Part shown: positions 38,537 to 46,680 of the stretch, one piece after another
Layout of the letters: the number at the start of each line of letters is the position of its first letter
How positions within the stretch are numbered: the first letter of the stretch is position 1
Source: a virus
Strand: one strand, 5' to 3'
Virus record (IMG/VR): IMGVR_UViG_3300046692_000072
Span: 1-64,000 of that record
Length of the DNA stretch: 64,000 bases
The notes under the pieces: generated by a model
Databases searched by the model: none
What the model saw: the letters and a program-made list of their open reading frames with translations, nothing else
Told to the model about the DNA's origin: nothing
Made by a program: the position numbers and the translations under genes

Positions 38537-38728
38537 ATGATCAAGAAGAACATCTTTCTCGCAGCAGCAGGTCTCTTTGTTGTTGCAGGTCTTGCATCGT
38601 GTGGTACGGTTGCCGTATCGTCTGAGCGTCCGCGTAGCGTGACCAACGACCACGAGCAGAACCAGATCAATGAACGCATCGAGAAGAACAAGGCAGAGCG
38701 TGCTGAGCGTGCTGCCAAGGGCTTCTAA
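38537..38728 (+). CDS. small lipoprotein
   Basis: MIKK, hydrophobic core, LASC lipobox; AGGA RBS. Confidence 0.75.
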   Translation: MIKKNIFLAAAGLFVVAGLASCGTVAVSSERPRSVTNDHEQNQINERIEKNKAERAERAAKGF

Positions 38729-38904
38729 CTAATTCGGTAGGATTGTCTTTAACTAGGCATCTGCACCCCTACCGGGTACTGGCAATATGGGGGATCTTTT
38801 GTTTCGTTCGGTGATTCGCACTTACCCAATGTAAACCAGATCCCCCTGAGTCCCTTCCTATTAGACAGCTTCATCCCAAATAGATGAGGCGCTTTAATTG
38901 GAAT

Positions 38905-39052
38905 AGATGTGATTATCGAGAGGCAGGATACGCTTGTGTATTGTATTGGTAGGTTCGAAACTATTAATGCATGTGCAAGTACCTTATCTTCACTAGGGTC
39001 TAGAACCTAGGCAGGTAGGGCTAAGCAAACCTGTCTCGCTGTAATCACATCT
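38905..39052 (+). ncRNA. multibranch structured RNA
   Basis: 11-bp closing stem AGATGTGATTA/TAATCACATCT, internal long hairpin rich in G-U pairs. Confidence 0.5.
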
Positions 39053-39209
39053 TAATGTAATCCTACGATGCATCTCTCTGGTATGAGATCTACGTCATAG
39101 ACCTAGATCAAACGATGACAGGTCAGTTCGGGGATTTGGCTGGGTACACTTACATGCCCCGGAGCATCCCGTATAGGCACAGCGCCCATCTGTATAACTG
39201 GGTATCTAT

Positions 39210-39344
39210 GACAGGATCCTAACAGCTAGTAGTACTGAATGCTGGAAGACGGGTTCATGGAGCCAAGGGGGATAATGCACAGGGGACTTGCAATAACCTG
39301 TGGGGATAATACCCTTGGTGGAGGTTCGATTCCTCCTCCTGTCG
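39210..39344 (+). ncRNA. tRNA-like RNA with giant variable arm
   Basis: acceptor GACAGGA/TCCTGTC, canonical T arm GGAGG-TTCGATT-CCTCC. Confidence 0.6.
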
Positions 39345-39744
39345 CTCACCTAATTGCATACGAATACGACTTGTGCCGTGCTACAGCCCTCAGGGTGATT
39401 GTAGATTTAGAAACCCCATCCACCCACTTGGCTCTGTATAGTGTAAAAGCCCATGGCGACAGGTGGTCGAGCAGTAACGTAGGATTCATCCTGCCTTACA
39501 CCTTGGAGCACACCGAGGTAAGCTTATGGGTCAGATCGGGATGGTCCAGTGTACAGCCCGCTGCCACCTTCCCCTTAAGCAGGAACAGGCTTGAAGCTGT
39601 TTCGGGTTCAACTGATTGTCGAACGAATCAGTAAGGGAGGGTAGTCCACTTCCTTCTCAAGAAGGTTGCTGTAACCGCAGGATAGGGGGAGATCTAGCGT
39701 ACCGGTCGCGAAGCTCCCCCGATACTAATCAAATGGAACCAAGG

Positions 39745-40020
39745 ATGAGAAACCCCTTTGTGAACGTACAGCCCGATCCGAGAGACATAGTTCATGTCAA
39801 GAATGTGGTGAAAGAGAACGCCAAGTTCGGTCTTGCAGGTGCAACACGTTTAGATGAGAACGACTTCAGAACTCTGGATCGATACATAGAGTTCCTAGAG
39901 GAACAGCTTGCTAGCGTCATCCCTGAGTTCCAAGGCATTCCCACAGAATACTTCAACATGGTTAAAAGAGAGAAGATGGAATGGCGACCTCTGGGACCAA
40001 CACCTCTGTATCTCTACTGA
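39745..40020 (+). CDS. hypothetical protein
   Basis: first of a translationally coupled run of small ORFs. Confidence 0.65.
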   Translation: MRNPFVNVQPDPRDIVHVKNVVKENAKFGLAGATRLDENDFRTLDRYIEFLEEQLASVIPEFQGIPTEYFNMVKREKMEWRPLGPTPLYLY

Positions 40021-40259
40021 TGGATGGTGAGCTAACGCATACCAGAGTAAAGGCTTTGCTAGATAAACTAAGGGCAAAGGCAAACACCAATCCTAACGGT
40101 ATGACTACCGTAACCAGGGAAGAGCTCTGGTCTATTACTCTTTCTCTGGAACTCAAGGATCAGGAACTCAATCATCTAACCGAGAACATGTCTCATGTTC
40201 TCTTGGAGAACTATGTTGAGAGAGGTGATCTCTTCACTGAATCAGAAGGCGAAGCATAA
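40020..40259 (+). CDS. small coiled-coil protein (paralogue array)
   Basis: TGATG coupling to previous ORF. Confidence 0.65.
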   Translation: MDGELTHTRVKALLDKLRAKANTNPNGMTTVTREELWSITLSLELKDQELNHLTENMSHVLLENYVERGDLFTESEGEA

Positions 40260-40261
40260 CT

Positions 40262-40528
40262 ATGGTTACGAAGCTAGATCGAACAGGTGAGTTCATTGAG
40301 CTCTTCATGAATGCTTATCCCGAAGAGAGCTTAGATGGTCTGGATGCACGAGTTCTTAGCAGTATGCTAAGAGGTATCGAGGAGAGTGCTAGGTGGAGAA
40401 AGCCTAGACACATTATTGATCAGCAAGACTTCCTTCCTTTGCTTAGATCTATCCGTAACATCATCGGTGAGAACAACAAGCTCTCCAATGAACTGGTTCA
40501 GTTAAGCAATCTCCTAGACAGGCAGTGA
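40262..40528 (+). CDS. small coiled-coil protein (paralogue array)
   Basis: tightly packed ORF with shared C-terminal heptad motif. Confidence 0.65.
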   Translation: MVTKLDRTGEFIELFMNAYPEESLDGLDARVLSSMLRGIEESARWRKPRHIIDQQDFLPLLRSIRNIIGENNKLSNELVQLSNLLDRQ

Positions 40529-40529
40529 C

Positions 40530-40736
40530 ATGGCAGAGCTAACAGACAGAGAGCTTCGTCAGATAAAATTATGCACTCAATTGAGTGCTGCTTTTAATGC
40601 TAAGACCTTCTTTAGTTTGAGAAGAGATGAGATCATCCAAGTTCTGGAAGATATCCGAGGCATAGCTAGAGAACGTAACCAGCTTGAGGATGAAGTACTC
40701 GCCCTATCCCTCCTGGTTCTAGGAGAACCTAAGTGA
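40530..40736 (+). CDS. small coiled-coil protein (paralogue array)
   Basis: tightly packed ORF with shared C-terminal heptad motif. Confidence 0.65.
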   Translation: MAELTDRELRQIKLCTQLSAAFNAKTFFSLRRDEIIQVLEDIRGIARERNQLEDEVLALSLLVLGEPK

Positions 40737-40960
40737 ACGAAGCTCCTTACATTCCGATTCGTTTGTTGTGGGAAGCGACCAATGGTAACTACCCATCAAA
40801 GGTCTGGGTGCAATCTGTCGAGGCACGTATCGAGAATTACAAGAAGTACATTGAGACAGGAGCTACCTCCATCGCTGTAGTGCCCTTGGATCTTTACCAC
40901 ATCATTGAATACGTCTCCTGCTTACAAGATGAGATCAGCAGACTGAACCAGGAGAAGTAA
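40733..40960 (+). CDS. small coiled-coil protein (paralogue array)
   Basis: AGGAG RBS, GTG start, ends LQDEISRLNQEK. Confidence 0.65.
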   Translation: MNEAPYIPIRLLWEATNGNYPSKVWVQSVEARIENYKKYIETGATSIAVVPLDLYHIIEYVSCLQDEISRLNQEK

Positions 40961-40961
40961 G

Positions 40962-41144
40962 ATGGCAACCTACACAGAACGTGACAGACTGGTCATCGCT
41001 AGGCTATGCCAGATCCGGGTTCTTATGCATGAGAACAAACTCATTGCTGAGGACGAAGCTATCAAGAACATAATCGGTAGATGGATCAAGGAGATAGACA
41101 CAGCTCTTACCATGATCAATGAAGATGATGGAAGGGATGTATGA
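40962..41144 (+). CDS. hypothetical protein
   Basis: AGGAG RBS, coupled ORF. Confidence 0.6.
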   Translation: MATYTERDRLVIARLCQIRVLMHENKLIAEDEAIKNIIGRWIKEIDTALTMINEDDGRDV

Positions 41145-41353
41145 AGGAACCCAGTGAACTAGACATCACCCTGCTCAGGGATCTTTGCGATAAGTTCTTC
41201 TATCACGATATGGACAGTGGAGCTGTCAGAGTAAACCTCTCAGTAGCACATATGCAGCAACGCAAGGATTCCCTTCGTAGGTTCCTAGATCACTACGAAC
41301 ATATGTCTGAAGAGATCTCTCGTTTGCTTCTGGAGAAACATCGTGTCGATTAA
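41141..41353 (+). CDS. small coiled-coil protein (paralogue array)
   Basis: ends MSEEISRLLLEKHRVD. Confidence 0.65.
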   Translation: MKEPSELDITLLRDLCDKFFYHDMDSGAVRVNLSVAHMQQRKDSLRRFLDHYEHMSEEISRLLLEKHRVD

Positions 41354-41540
41354 CGAGGTCCAACTCAAGAGACTACTGGAGGGGCTAAGCATCCAAGCTA
41401 CTATGTCTCAGGAGAACTACGTTCGAGTATCCACTGACGTAATAGAGAACCTTGTTAGTACAGTAGTTGAGTATCAACGTCTCAACAGAGAGATGGAGAA
41501 GGAACTAACCAGACTCGTATTGGAGAAGAACAATGGCTAA
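41343..41540 (+). CDS. small coiled-coil protein (paralogue array)
   Basis: GGAG RBS; ends MEKELTRLVLEKNNG. Confidence 0.65.
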   Translation: MSINEVQLKRLLEGLSIQATMSQENYVRVSTDVIENLVSTVVEYQRLNREMEKELTRLVLEKNNG

Positions 41541-41721
41541 GCTCTATGACGATGAAGGTCAGATGTATGTAGGTCATAAGATCTACAAGCTGAACCTTTC
41601 ACGTAACCACATTGATAGTGTGTACCCACACTGCTCACTCAAGGTAAGGAACCTACTGGAGCAAGCAGTGGATCTTCTTCTTCGTGCAGAAGCTCTTATG
41701 GAAACAGGAGAAGATAGATAA
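41533..41721 (+). CDS. hypothetical protein
   Basis: GGAG RBS, coupled ORF. Confidence 0.6.
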   Translation: MAKLYDDEGQMYVGHKIYKLNLSRNHIDSVYPHCSLKVRNLLEQAVDLLLRAEALMETGEDR

Positions 41722-41849
41722 GGAACCAATGTAATGAAGTTCATTCGTAAGATAGACCAGGGATTTGGTCATGGATGGGACTTCTACATTGGTCATTACC
41801 ATGTATGCTATCTAGTATATGAAGACCATTGGTACTTCCAGATAGTCAA

Positions 41850-42216
41850 GATCTGACACAATTCAAACACATTTCCTTATAGTCAATTTTCCCCGCTATA
41901 TATTTAGAAAGAAGTGTTTCATGAAAGCTCATGATATCCAAGCACGTTGTAGCAAATGCGATAAACGAGTTACAGCAGTCATGTCTTATGAACAAGAAGA
42001 CTACGACAAGGGTTACAGGAACCACTTCAAGATAACCTGTAAGGAATGCAATCATCATTGGTATGAATCACATGATTAGCATTCGCTTATATAGATAGCT
42101 TCTGCGCTATATTTTGCAGTATGGAAATCATCATAGTTACCTACTAATACAGGACACTATTGGGGCTTTGCCCCCTACACTCCAGACACCCCCCCCCATA
42201 CTACCACTATGGGTAT
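41850..42216. other. inferred physical genome end / terminal repeat region
   Basis: largely non-coding gap with a C9 run immediately before the first hairpin promoter and the gp1-like gene, as at the N4 left end. Confidence 0.4.
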
Positions 42217-42237
42217 GGTCCTTACGGACCTTATAGG
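42217..42237 (+). promoter_or_regulatory. vRNAP hairpin promoter (early 1)
   Basis: GGTCC-TTAC-GGACC-TTATAGG upstream of gp1-like gene; same motif recurs before gp2. Confidence 0.75.
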
Positions 42238-42260
42238 TATGTCTAACTATGGAGATAATG

Positions 42261-42584
42261 ATGACAACCATCACCACTACTGTATCCAACCTGCTTGGTA
42301 CTGTGGACACCACGGCTAACGCTGTGACCTCACTGGTCACTGCACTGGGACGTGGATCTAACATGCTGGATATGTATGTATCTGACATGCAGTTCAAGCA
42401 ACATGCTGATCAGGTTGCAATGCGAGATGAATACTCAAGCATAGCTGTCATGAAGGCATCACTAAAGATCACCGAAATGGAATCGGAGATCCAAACTAAA
42501 ATCAACCAGTCGCCAGACTTCGCAGCCAAATACGCAGAAGTCTATGCACGCATCCATGCAAAGATGAACAAGGTCGGGTCCTAA
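42261..42584 (+). CDS. N4 gp1-like early protein
   Basis: TTVSNLLGTVDTTANAVTSLV N-terminus, ~107 aa, first gene after hairpin promoter. Confidence 0.65.
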   Translation: MTTITTTVSNLLGTVDTTANAVTSLVTALGRGSNMLDMYVSDMQFKQHADQVAMRDEYSSIAVMKASLKITEMESEIQTKINQSPDFAAKYAEVYARIHAKMNKVGS

Positions 42585-42593
42585 CGGACCCGA
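42574..42593 (+). promoter_or_regulatory. hairpin resembling vRNAP promoter
   Basis: TCGGGTCC-TAAC-GGACCCGA, same stem core and TNAC loop, but lacks downstream TTAT. Confidence 0.45.
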
Positions 42594-42739
42594 ACTAACG
42601 GCTTGATAGACCAACTACTAGTCTAGCAGATAGATAGACCAAGGCTTCACCTGCTCACTACCAAGTAGTGGATAGGTGGGGCTCTGTGTGTCTATGCGTA
42701 GGCATCTACTAATAACCATTGAACCAAGGGGACAATACC

Positions 42740-42844
42740 ATGTGGAACATTCGTGTAAGCAAATGGACTGGCATCATCACCTTCTGGTTTGATGATGGTG
42801 AGACTGTACCTGAGGTACAGCAAATCGAAACGTTGGGTCTGTAA
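42740..42844 (+). CDS. early micro-protein (34 aa)
   Basis: strong RBS within repeated leader; translated by hand. Confidence 0.55.
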   Translation: MWNIRVSKWTGIITFWFDDGETVPEVQQIETLGL

Positions 42845-42889
42845 TAGGCCCAACAACAATCATCTCATTGAACCAAGGAGATAGTACCA

Positions 42890-43024
42890 ATGTGGTACGT
42901 GCTAATCGCAATCGTAATACTCATCATGCTGCTCTTGGCAGCTATCGCTCTCGTTGGTCATCTTTGTGTACCTGAAGAGGTAGCATCAGATGAGATCTCT
43001 CATTTCTGGAATGGAGAACTGTAA
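42890..43024 (+). CDS. early membrane micro-protein (44 aa)
   Basis: AAGGAG RBS, N-terminal TM helix. Confidence 0.6.
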   Translation: MWYVLIAIVILIMLLLAAIALVGHLCVPEEVASDEISHFWNGEL

Positions 43025-43027
43025 GCT

Positions 43028-43291
43028 ATGTCTAGCAGATCATCGAGAACTCACAGTTCCTGTGTGAAAACAAATTGGAATGGGCAGTTAACTTGGTGTC
43101 TCTGCCTTATGCATCCTGATAGGCTAGGTGATAACCTGTACTATCGATACTCATCCAAGAAACATTTGAAGCGTGATCTTAAGGGTCGATTCGCTAATCG
43201 ATATCGTCACGCTATCATCATCCGTGTTCGTAGAACCAAGGAGAGTTCACTATGCCTCGCTATTACATCGTCATCCTCGCACCGCTCATGA
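43028..43291 (+). CDS. hypothetical early protein
   Basis: GGAG RBS, follows previous stop. Confidence 0.5.
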   Translation: MSSRSSRTHSSCVKTNWNGQLTWCLCLMHPDRLGDNLYYRYSSKKHLKRDLKGRFANRYRHAIIIRVRRTKESSLCLAITSSSSHRS

Positions 43292-43476
43292 TGCTCACAA
43301 CTGTGTACTTCATGATCATCAATCCGATCATGCATGACGCTCGCTTCAAATACTACAAATTGTACAAGCGTGAATACGCAACTACTGTAATAGTTGTGGA
43401 TAGACGCCTGTCACCATTCGAATGCTTCAAGCTTCAGCTTGATAACAATGGTACCGTATGTCGGAGGGCACAATGA
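43252..43476 (+). CDS. early membrane protein
   Basis: AAGGAG RBS, N-terminal TM. Confidence 0.6.
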   Translation: MPRYYIVILAPLMMLTTVYFMIINPIMHDARFKYYKLYKREYATTVIVVDRRLSPFECFKLQLDNNGTVCRRAQ

Positions 43477-43623
43477 CGCATCTCAACCCAATCATGTGGT
43501 TTATTGTTGCAAACGATGAATCCAAAGGAGTTGGTCTTGCCATGACTCGTTGGATACGGGGCAGGCTTGAACATCGCGTATTCCATCAAGAGACCATTGG
43601 TCTCTGAACCAAGGAGCAATAAC

Positions 43624-43719
43624 ATGATGGATATCATCTGGATATTGGTAGGCATTATTCAGGTGATATCCCTAATCTTCTTGATTGGGGTAGTAATCCT
43701 GATCCTATCAAATCCTTGA
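43624..43719 (+). CDS. early membrane micro-protein (31 aa)
   Basis: AAGGAG RBS, single TM; translated by hand. Confidence 0.55.
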   Translation: MMDIIWILVGIIQVISLIFLIGVVILILSNP

Positions 43720-43735
43720 ACCAAAGGGAAAAGAC

Positions 43736-43927
43736 ATGAACTTCGTAGTACCATTCTGGCTTCATATGCCAGCAGGTGTAGTGCTTACAGCACTCACAAT
43801 GACACTGCTCACCAGGATAGCATTCGCTATCCCTGATCCAAGGATCAAATCAATCAAGATTGGATACCCATTCATGATCTGGGTACTGCTCACCATGACC
43901 TATTGGTCTTGGATAATCTGGGGTTAG
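43736..43927 (+). CDS. early membrane protein (2 TM)
   Basis: RBS and two hydrophobic segments. Confidence 0.6.
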   Translation: MNFVVPFWLHMPAGVVLTALTMTLLTRIAFAIPDPRIKSIKIGYPFMIWVLLTMTYWSWIIWG

Positions 43928-43929
43928 TC

Positions 43930-44175
43930 ATGAGCACCTATTCAAGAATCTTGGGAACCAAGGAAGAGAACCTTTCGATAGCTCTCAATGAGGAGCTACA
44001 CTCCAAAGATCCAGCACAACCTCGGAGTCTCCGAGATTGGTGCAAATGCTGTGCAGAGTATTACTTTCTCTGCGCTTTACGTCTTGAGCTTGGTTACAAT
44101 GCCATGATCAGACGTGAGGATTTCCATAAACTGTGGTTAGAAGGAGATGATGCAATCGCTCATCTCTATCTCTAA
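43930..44175 (+). CDS. hypothetical early protein
   Basis: ATG just after previous stop. Confidence 0.55.
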   Translation: MSTYSRILGTKEENLSIALNEELHSKDPAQPRSLRDWCKCCAEYYFLCALRLELGYNAMIRREDFHKLWLEGDDAIAHLYL

Positions 44176-44308
44176 TGACACCTGAACAACTCGCAGAGAT
44201 TGAGAGGGTCTGTCAGCAAGCTCTACGCTACAGTGCACGTCGCGCTGTAGATAGGAAATTCTGGGCAGATCAGTTGGAAACTATCAAGCGAATCAAGGAA
44301 CTAGCAGA

Positions 44309-44656
44309 ATGACATCGCCATTCAAAACCATGTACACCATCGTGTTCACAACTGAACAGGATTCGTATCATATCGAACGTGATCCAAAGGATTACGATGA
44401 GACTTATCAGTGGAACTTCATGTCATCTGAGGAAACTCCTCATGCCATGCCTTATCAGGAAATCCTGGAGATCCTGAAGAGACCCAGTAAATACGTGGGA
44501 TTTCCAGAAGTTACTGGAGTATTCCATGTCTATAAGCTGGACGCAGAAGAGATTCCTATCTCTGGTGTCACTGATGACATGCAGAAAATCAAACGTGACG
44601 TGGCATTGTCCAAGCTTACGGAGGAAGAAATCCAACTCTTAGGGATCAAAATATGA
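44309..44656 (+). CDS. hypothetical protein
   Basis: AAGGA RBS; ends ALSKLTEEEIQLLGI, a common phage C-terminal motif. Confidence 0.7.
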   Translation: MTSPFKTMYTIVFTTEQDSYHIERDPKDYDETYQWNFMSSEETPHAMPYQEILEILKRPSKYVGFPEVTGVFHVYKLDAEEIPISGVTDDMQKIKRDVALSKLTEEEIQLLGIKI

Positions 44657-45024
44657 GCGATCAGATAAAAACTCTTCTGAGAACCATGGGAGTGCTTAAC
44701 GATAAACTGCGTTATGCAATCGGAGAGTCTGAACGTATAGCACTCTCACATGAATTATCTGATTTAGCTACGCAGATTGAGAACCTTAAACAAGGAGGCA
44801 TCCAACAAATGAGAACATTTCGAGTCACTGATACGCACCATCAAACAATTGATAGGTGCGATGAAATGACCTTCGAAGAAGCTTGTGGCACAGCTCGTGC
44901 CATGAGCAGGGGTAATGAGAATCGTAATCCTAAGATCCTCATGATCAAAGAAATGCCTTCGGAGATTGTCACTGCCATTTATCACAATGGCGTTGAGTAT
45001 GCTCCTCAGTTAAAGAAGGATTGA
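44653..45024 (+). CDS. hypothetical protein (possible internal start at MRTF)
   Basis: coupled ORF; internal AAGGAGG RBS. Confidence 0.6.
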   Translation: MSDQIKTLLRTMGVLNDKLRYAIGESERIALSHELSDLATQIENLKQGGIQQMRTFRVTDTHHQTIDRCDEMTFEEACGTARAMSRGNENRNPKILMIKEMPSEIVTAIYHNGVEYAPQLKKD

Positions 45025-45028
45025 GGCG

Positions 45029-45244
45029 ATGGTTAAACCAGAGCCTCACTACGTCTCACCCATATTCGGACATAATGAACTAATTCGTAGATGCACTATC
45101 AATGTGTATCAGGATAAGGAATTTCCGAATGTCTACATCAAATCCCGGTTCAGTTATGATGCTATGGCATTGCTGGAACCGGGGAATAGATGGGGTAACT
45201 TCATATACCGGATAAGGATTAAGCCTCATGGGAACCAAGGATGA
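45029..45244 (+). CDS. hypothetical protein
   Basis: RBS and packing. Confidence 0.55.
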   Translation: MVKPEPHYVSPIFGHNELIRRCTINVYQDKEFPNVYIKSRFSYDAMALLEPGNRWGNFIYRIRIKPHGNQG

Positions 45245-45419
45245 TTACACTACTCACGGGGAAGCGCAGGATGCGTTGTATGCTCTACAACGCTATGCTC
45301 GTGACCTCGGAGTATCACTCGAATCAGTGATGCATTCACTGGTAAGAGAACAACTCGTCAACACAACAATGAAGGAACATCCCAATGCTGGGTTGGTTAA
45401 AATCTTGGTGGGATCGTGA
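45228..45419 (+). CDS. hypothetical protein
   Basis: RBS and packing. Confidence 0.55.
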   Translation: MGTKDDYTTHGEAQDALYALQRYARDLGVSLESVMHSLVREQLVNTTMKEHPNAGLVKILVGS

Positions 45420-45642
45420 AGTCTGCACATCTGATCAAACACTGATTAGTCAGTGGGAGACTGATGTCAGTAATCTTCCCATCATTCAGCAACACTACAA
45501 TGATGGAACCATCAGGGTTCTAATGCCCTCAGAGGTCAAAGACCTCTATGATATTCAGATGGGAGCATATGTGCTCCCTGATGATCACGAACTCACATTG
45601 ATCCAGGACGACATGGATCAGAAACGAGTAGGTCAATGTTAG
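45385..45642 (+). CDS. hypothetical protein
   Basis: AAGGA RBS. Confidence 0.55.
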   Translation: MLGWLKSWWDREVCTSDQTLISQWETDVSNLPIIQQHYNDGTIRVLMPSEVKDLYDIQMGAYVLPDDHELTLIQDDMDQKRVGQC

Positions 45643-45875
45643 GCTTTCTACTCATGATGCTGGGAGCTACGCTCATCAGCATACTCGCATTCTCAATACA
45701 CAATCCTTGGAGAGGGGTTGTTACAGACAATAATCAGCGCTTTGTCTGGGCGTTACAGATGATATATCTGCTAGTCCAACTATTCCTAATCGTGCTGGTC
45801 ATGAAGAGTTAATAACGCGCTGCTAGGCGCGTTGTTTAGATAACTTTGCCTTGGGGTTCTCTGCCCTACTTGGGC

Positions 45876-45896
45876 AGGCCCTTACGGGCCTTATGG
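45876..45896 (+). promoter_or_regulatory. vRNAP hairpin promoter (early, before gp2)
   Basis: AGGCCC-TTAC-GGGCCT-TATGG; compensatory stem change relative to the 42217 copy. Confidence 0.75.
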
Positions 45897-45941
45897 CGCT
45901 AAAATGGCGTTATTCCAACCATCAACAAATGGAGATTTACG

Positions 45942-46364
45942 ATGGCTCTCACTTTCAATGCACCTGCTACCCGCAATGCTCCTGCTGCTCGCGAAGAGCG
46001 TCCGCAGACCCAGTATTGGCTCAACATCGGCATCGTCGCTCAGGACGGCACGTTCGTCGCTCTGCCGAATGGTCTGCCGCTCGATACGATGGAACACCGT
46101 CTCATTCGTGGTTCCAACGCGGAATGGAATGCTCTTCAGTCGGCATCGAACTCGCTGCTCGACATGATCCTCGAATCTGTCAAGGTTCTGAATCCGGGTC
46201 AGGAAGAGGTCATCGAAGGACTGTCGATCCAGGTCAAGCGCATCAAGGCTGATGCAGGCGAGGTCAAGGCTGACGACAATCCGTTCCTCGCTGGCTTTGC
46301 AGGTATCTCTGCTCGTAAGCCTGCTCAGGAACAGGAAGCACCGAAGGGTAAGCGTAGCGCTTAA
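45942..46364 (+). CDS. N4 gp2-like ssDNA-binding activator of RNAP II
   Basis: QYWLNIG..FVALP.GLPLDT..N.LLD.IL.....L.PG; GGAG RBS; after hairpin promoter. Confidence 0.8.
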   Translation: MALTFNAPATRNAPAAREERPQTQYWLNIGIVAQDGTFVALPNGLPLDTMEHRLIRGSNAEWNALQSASNSLLDMILESVKVLNPGQEEVIEGLSIQVKRIKADAGEVKADDNPFLAGFAGISARKPAQEQEAPKGKRSA

Positions 46365-46395
46365 CCTGTATCTGCCGACGATGACTACAACTATT

Positions 46396-46425
46396 GAGGG
46401 AGCCTTTGGCTCCCTCTCTTATTTT
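46396..46425 (+). terminator. intrinsic terminator after gp2
   Basis: GAGGGAGCC-TTT-GGCTCCCTC-TCTTATTTT. Confidence 0.75.
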
Positions 46426-46680
46426 CAGGGGATAGACCTAAACCTAGTCTAAACCTAGGGATTCCAATATACTAAATACCAACTCATCATTTTTGGCAGG
46501 GGATAGCCTAAAGGGTATCAACCATGGAAATCAGGATCAAAATCAAGGTTAAGAACGATGCTGTAACCTCATTGGCTCAAGCAGCAAAACTTGCTGATGT
46601 GCTGGAATTCTCAGTGCATGGAACCATGAAGCAAACGGTATTCGCAGACGAATACGAGATCGAGGTAGAGGAATACTACG

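Noticed and set aside
39250-39300. tRNA-Sec (TCA) or tRNA-Cys (GCA) reading of the 39210 element
   Set aside because: Neither triplet sits in a 7-nt loop on a 5-bp stem.
39320-39500. Possible permuted two-piece tmRNA (T arm and CCTGTCGC followed by downstream GCGACAGG)
   Set aside because: No CCA, no G3-U70 alanine identity and no tag reading frame seen; upstream GACAGGA gives a better in-register acceptor stem.
39239-39634. 131-aa ORF across the ncRNA region (also the 37244 extension, 37818-38003 and 36420-36608)
   Set aside because: No RBS, atypical composition, and overlap with tRNAs or strongly structured elements.
42717-43735. CRISPR-like array from recurring GAACCAAGG
   Set aside because: Repeats are short, irregularly spaced and separated by ORFs; no cas genes.
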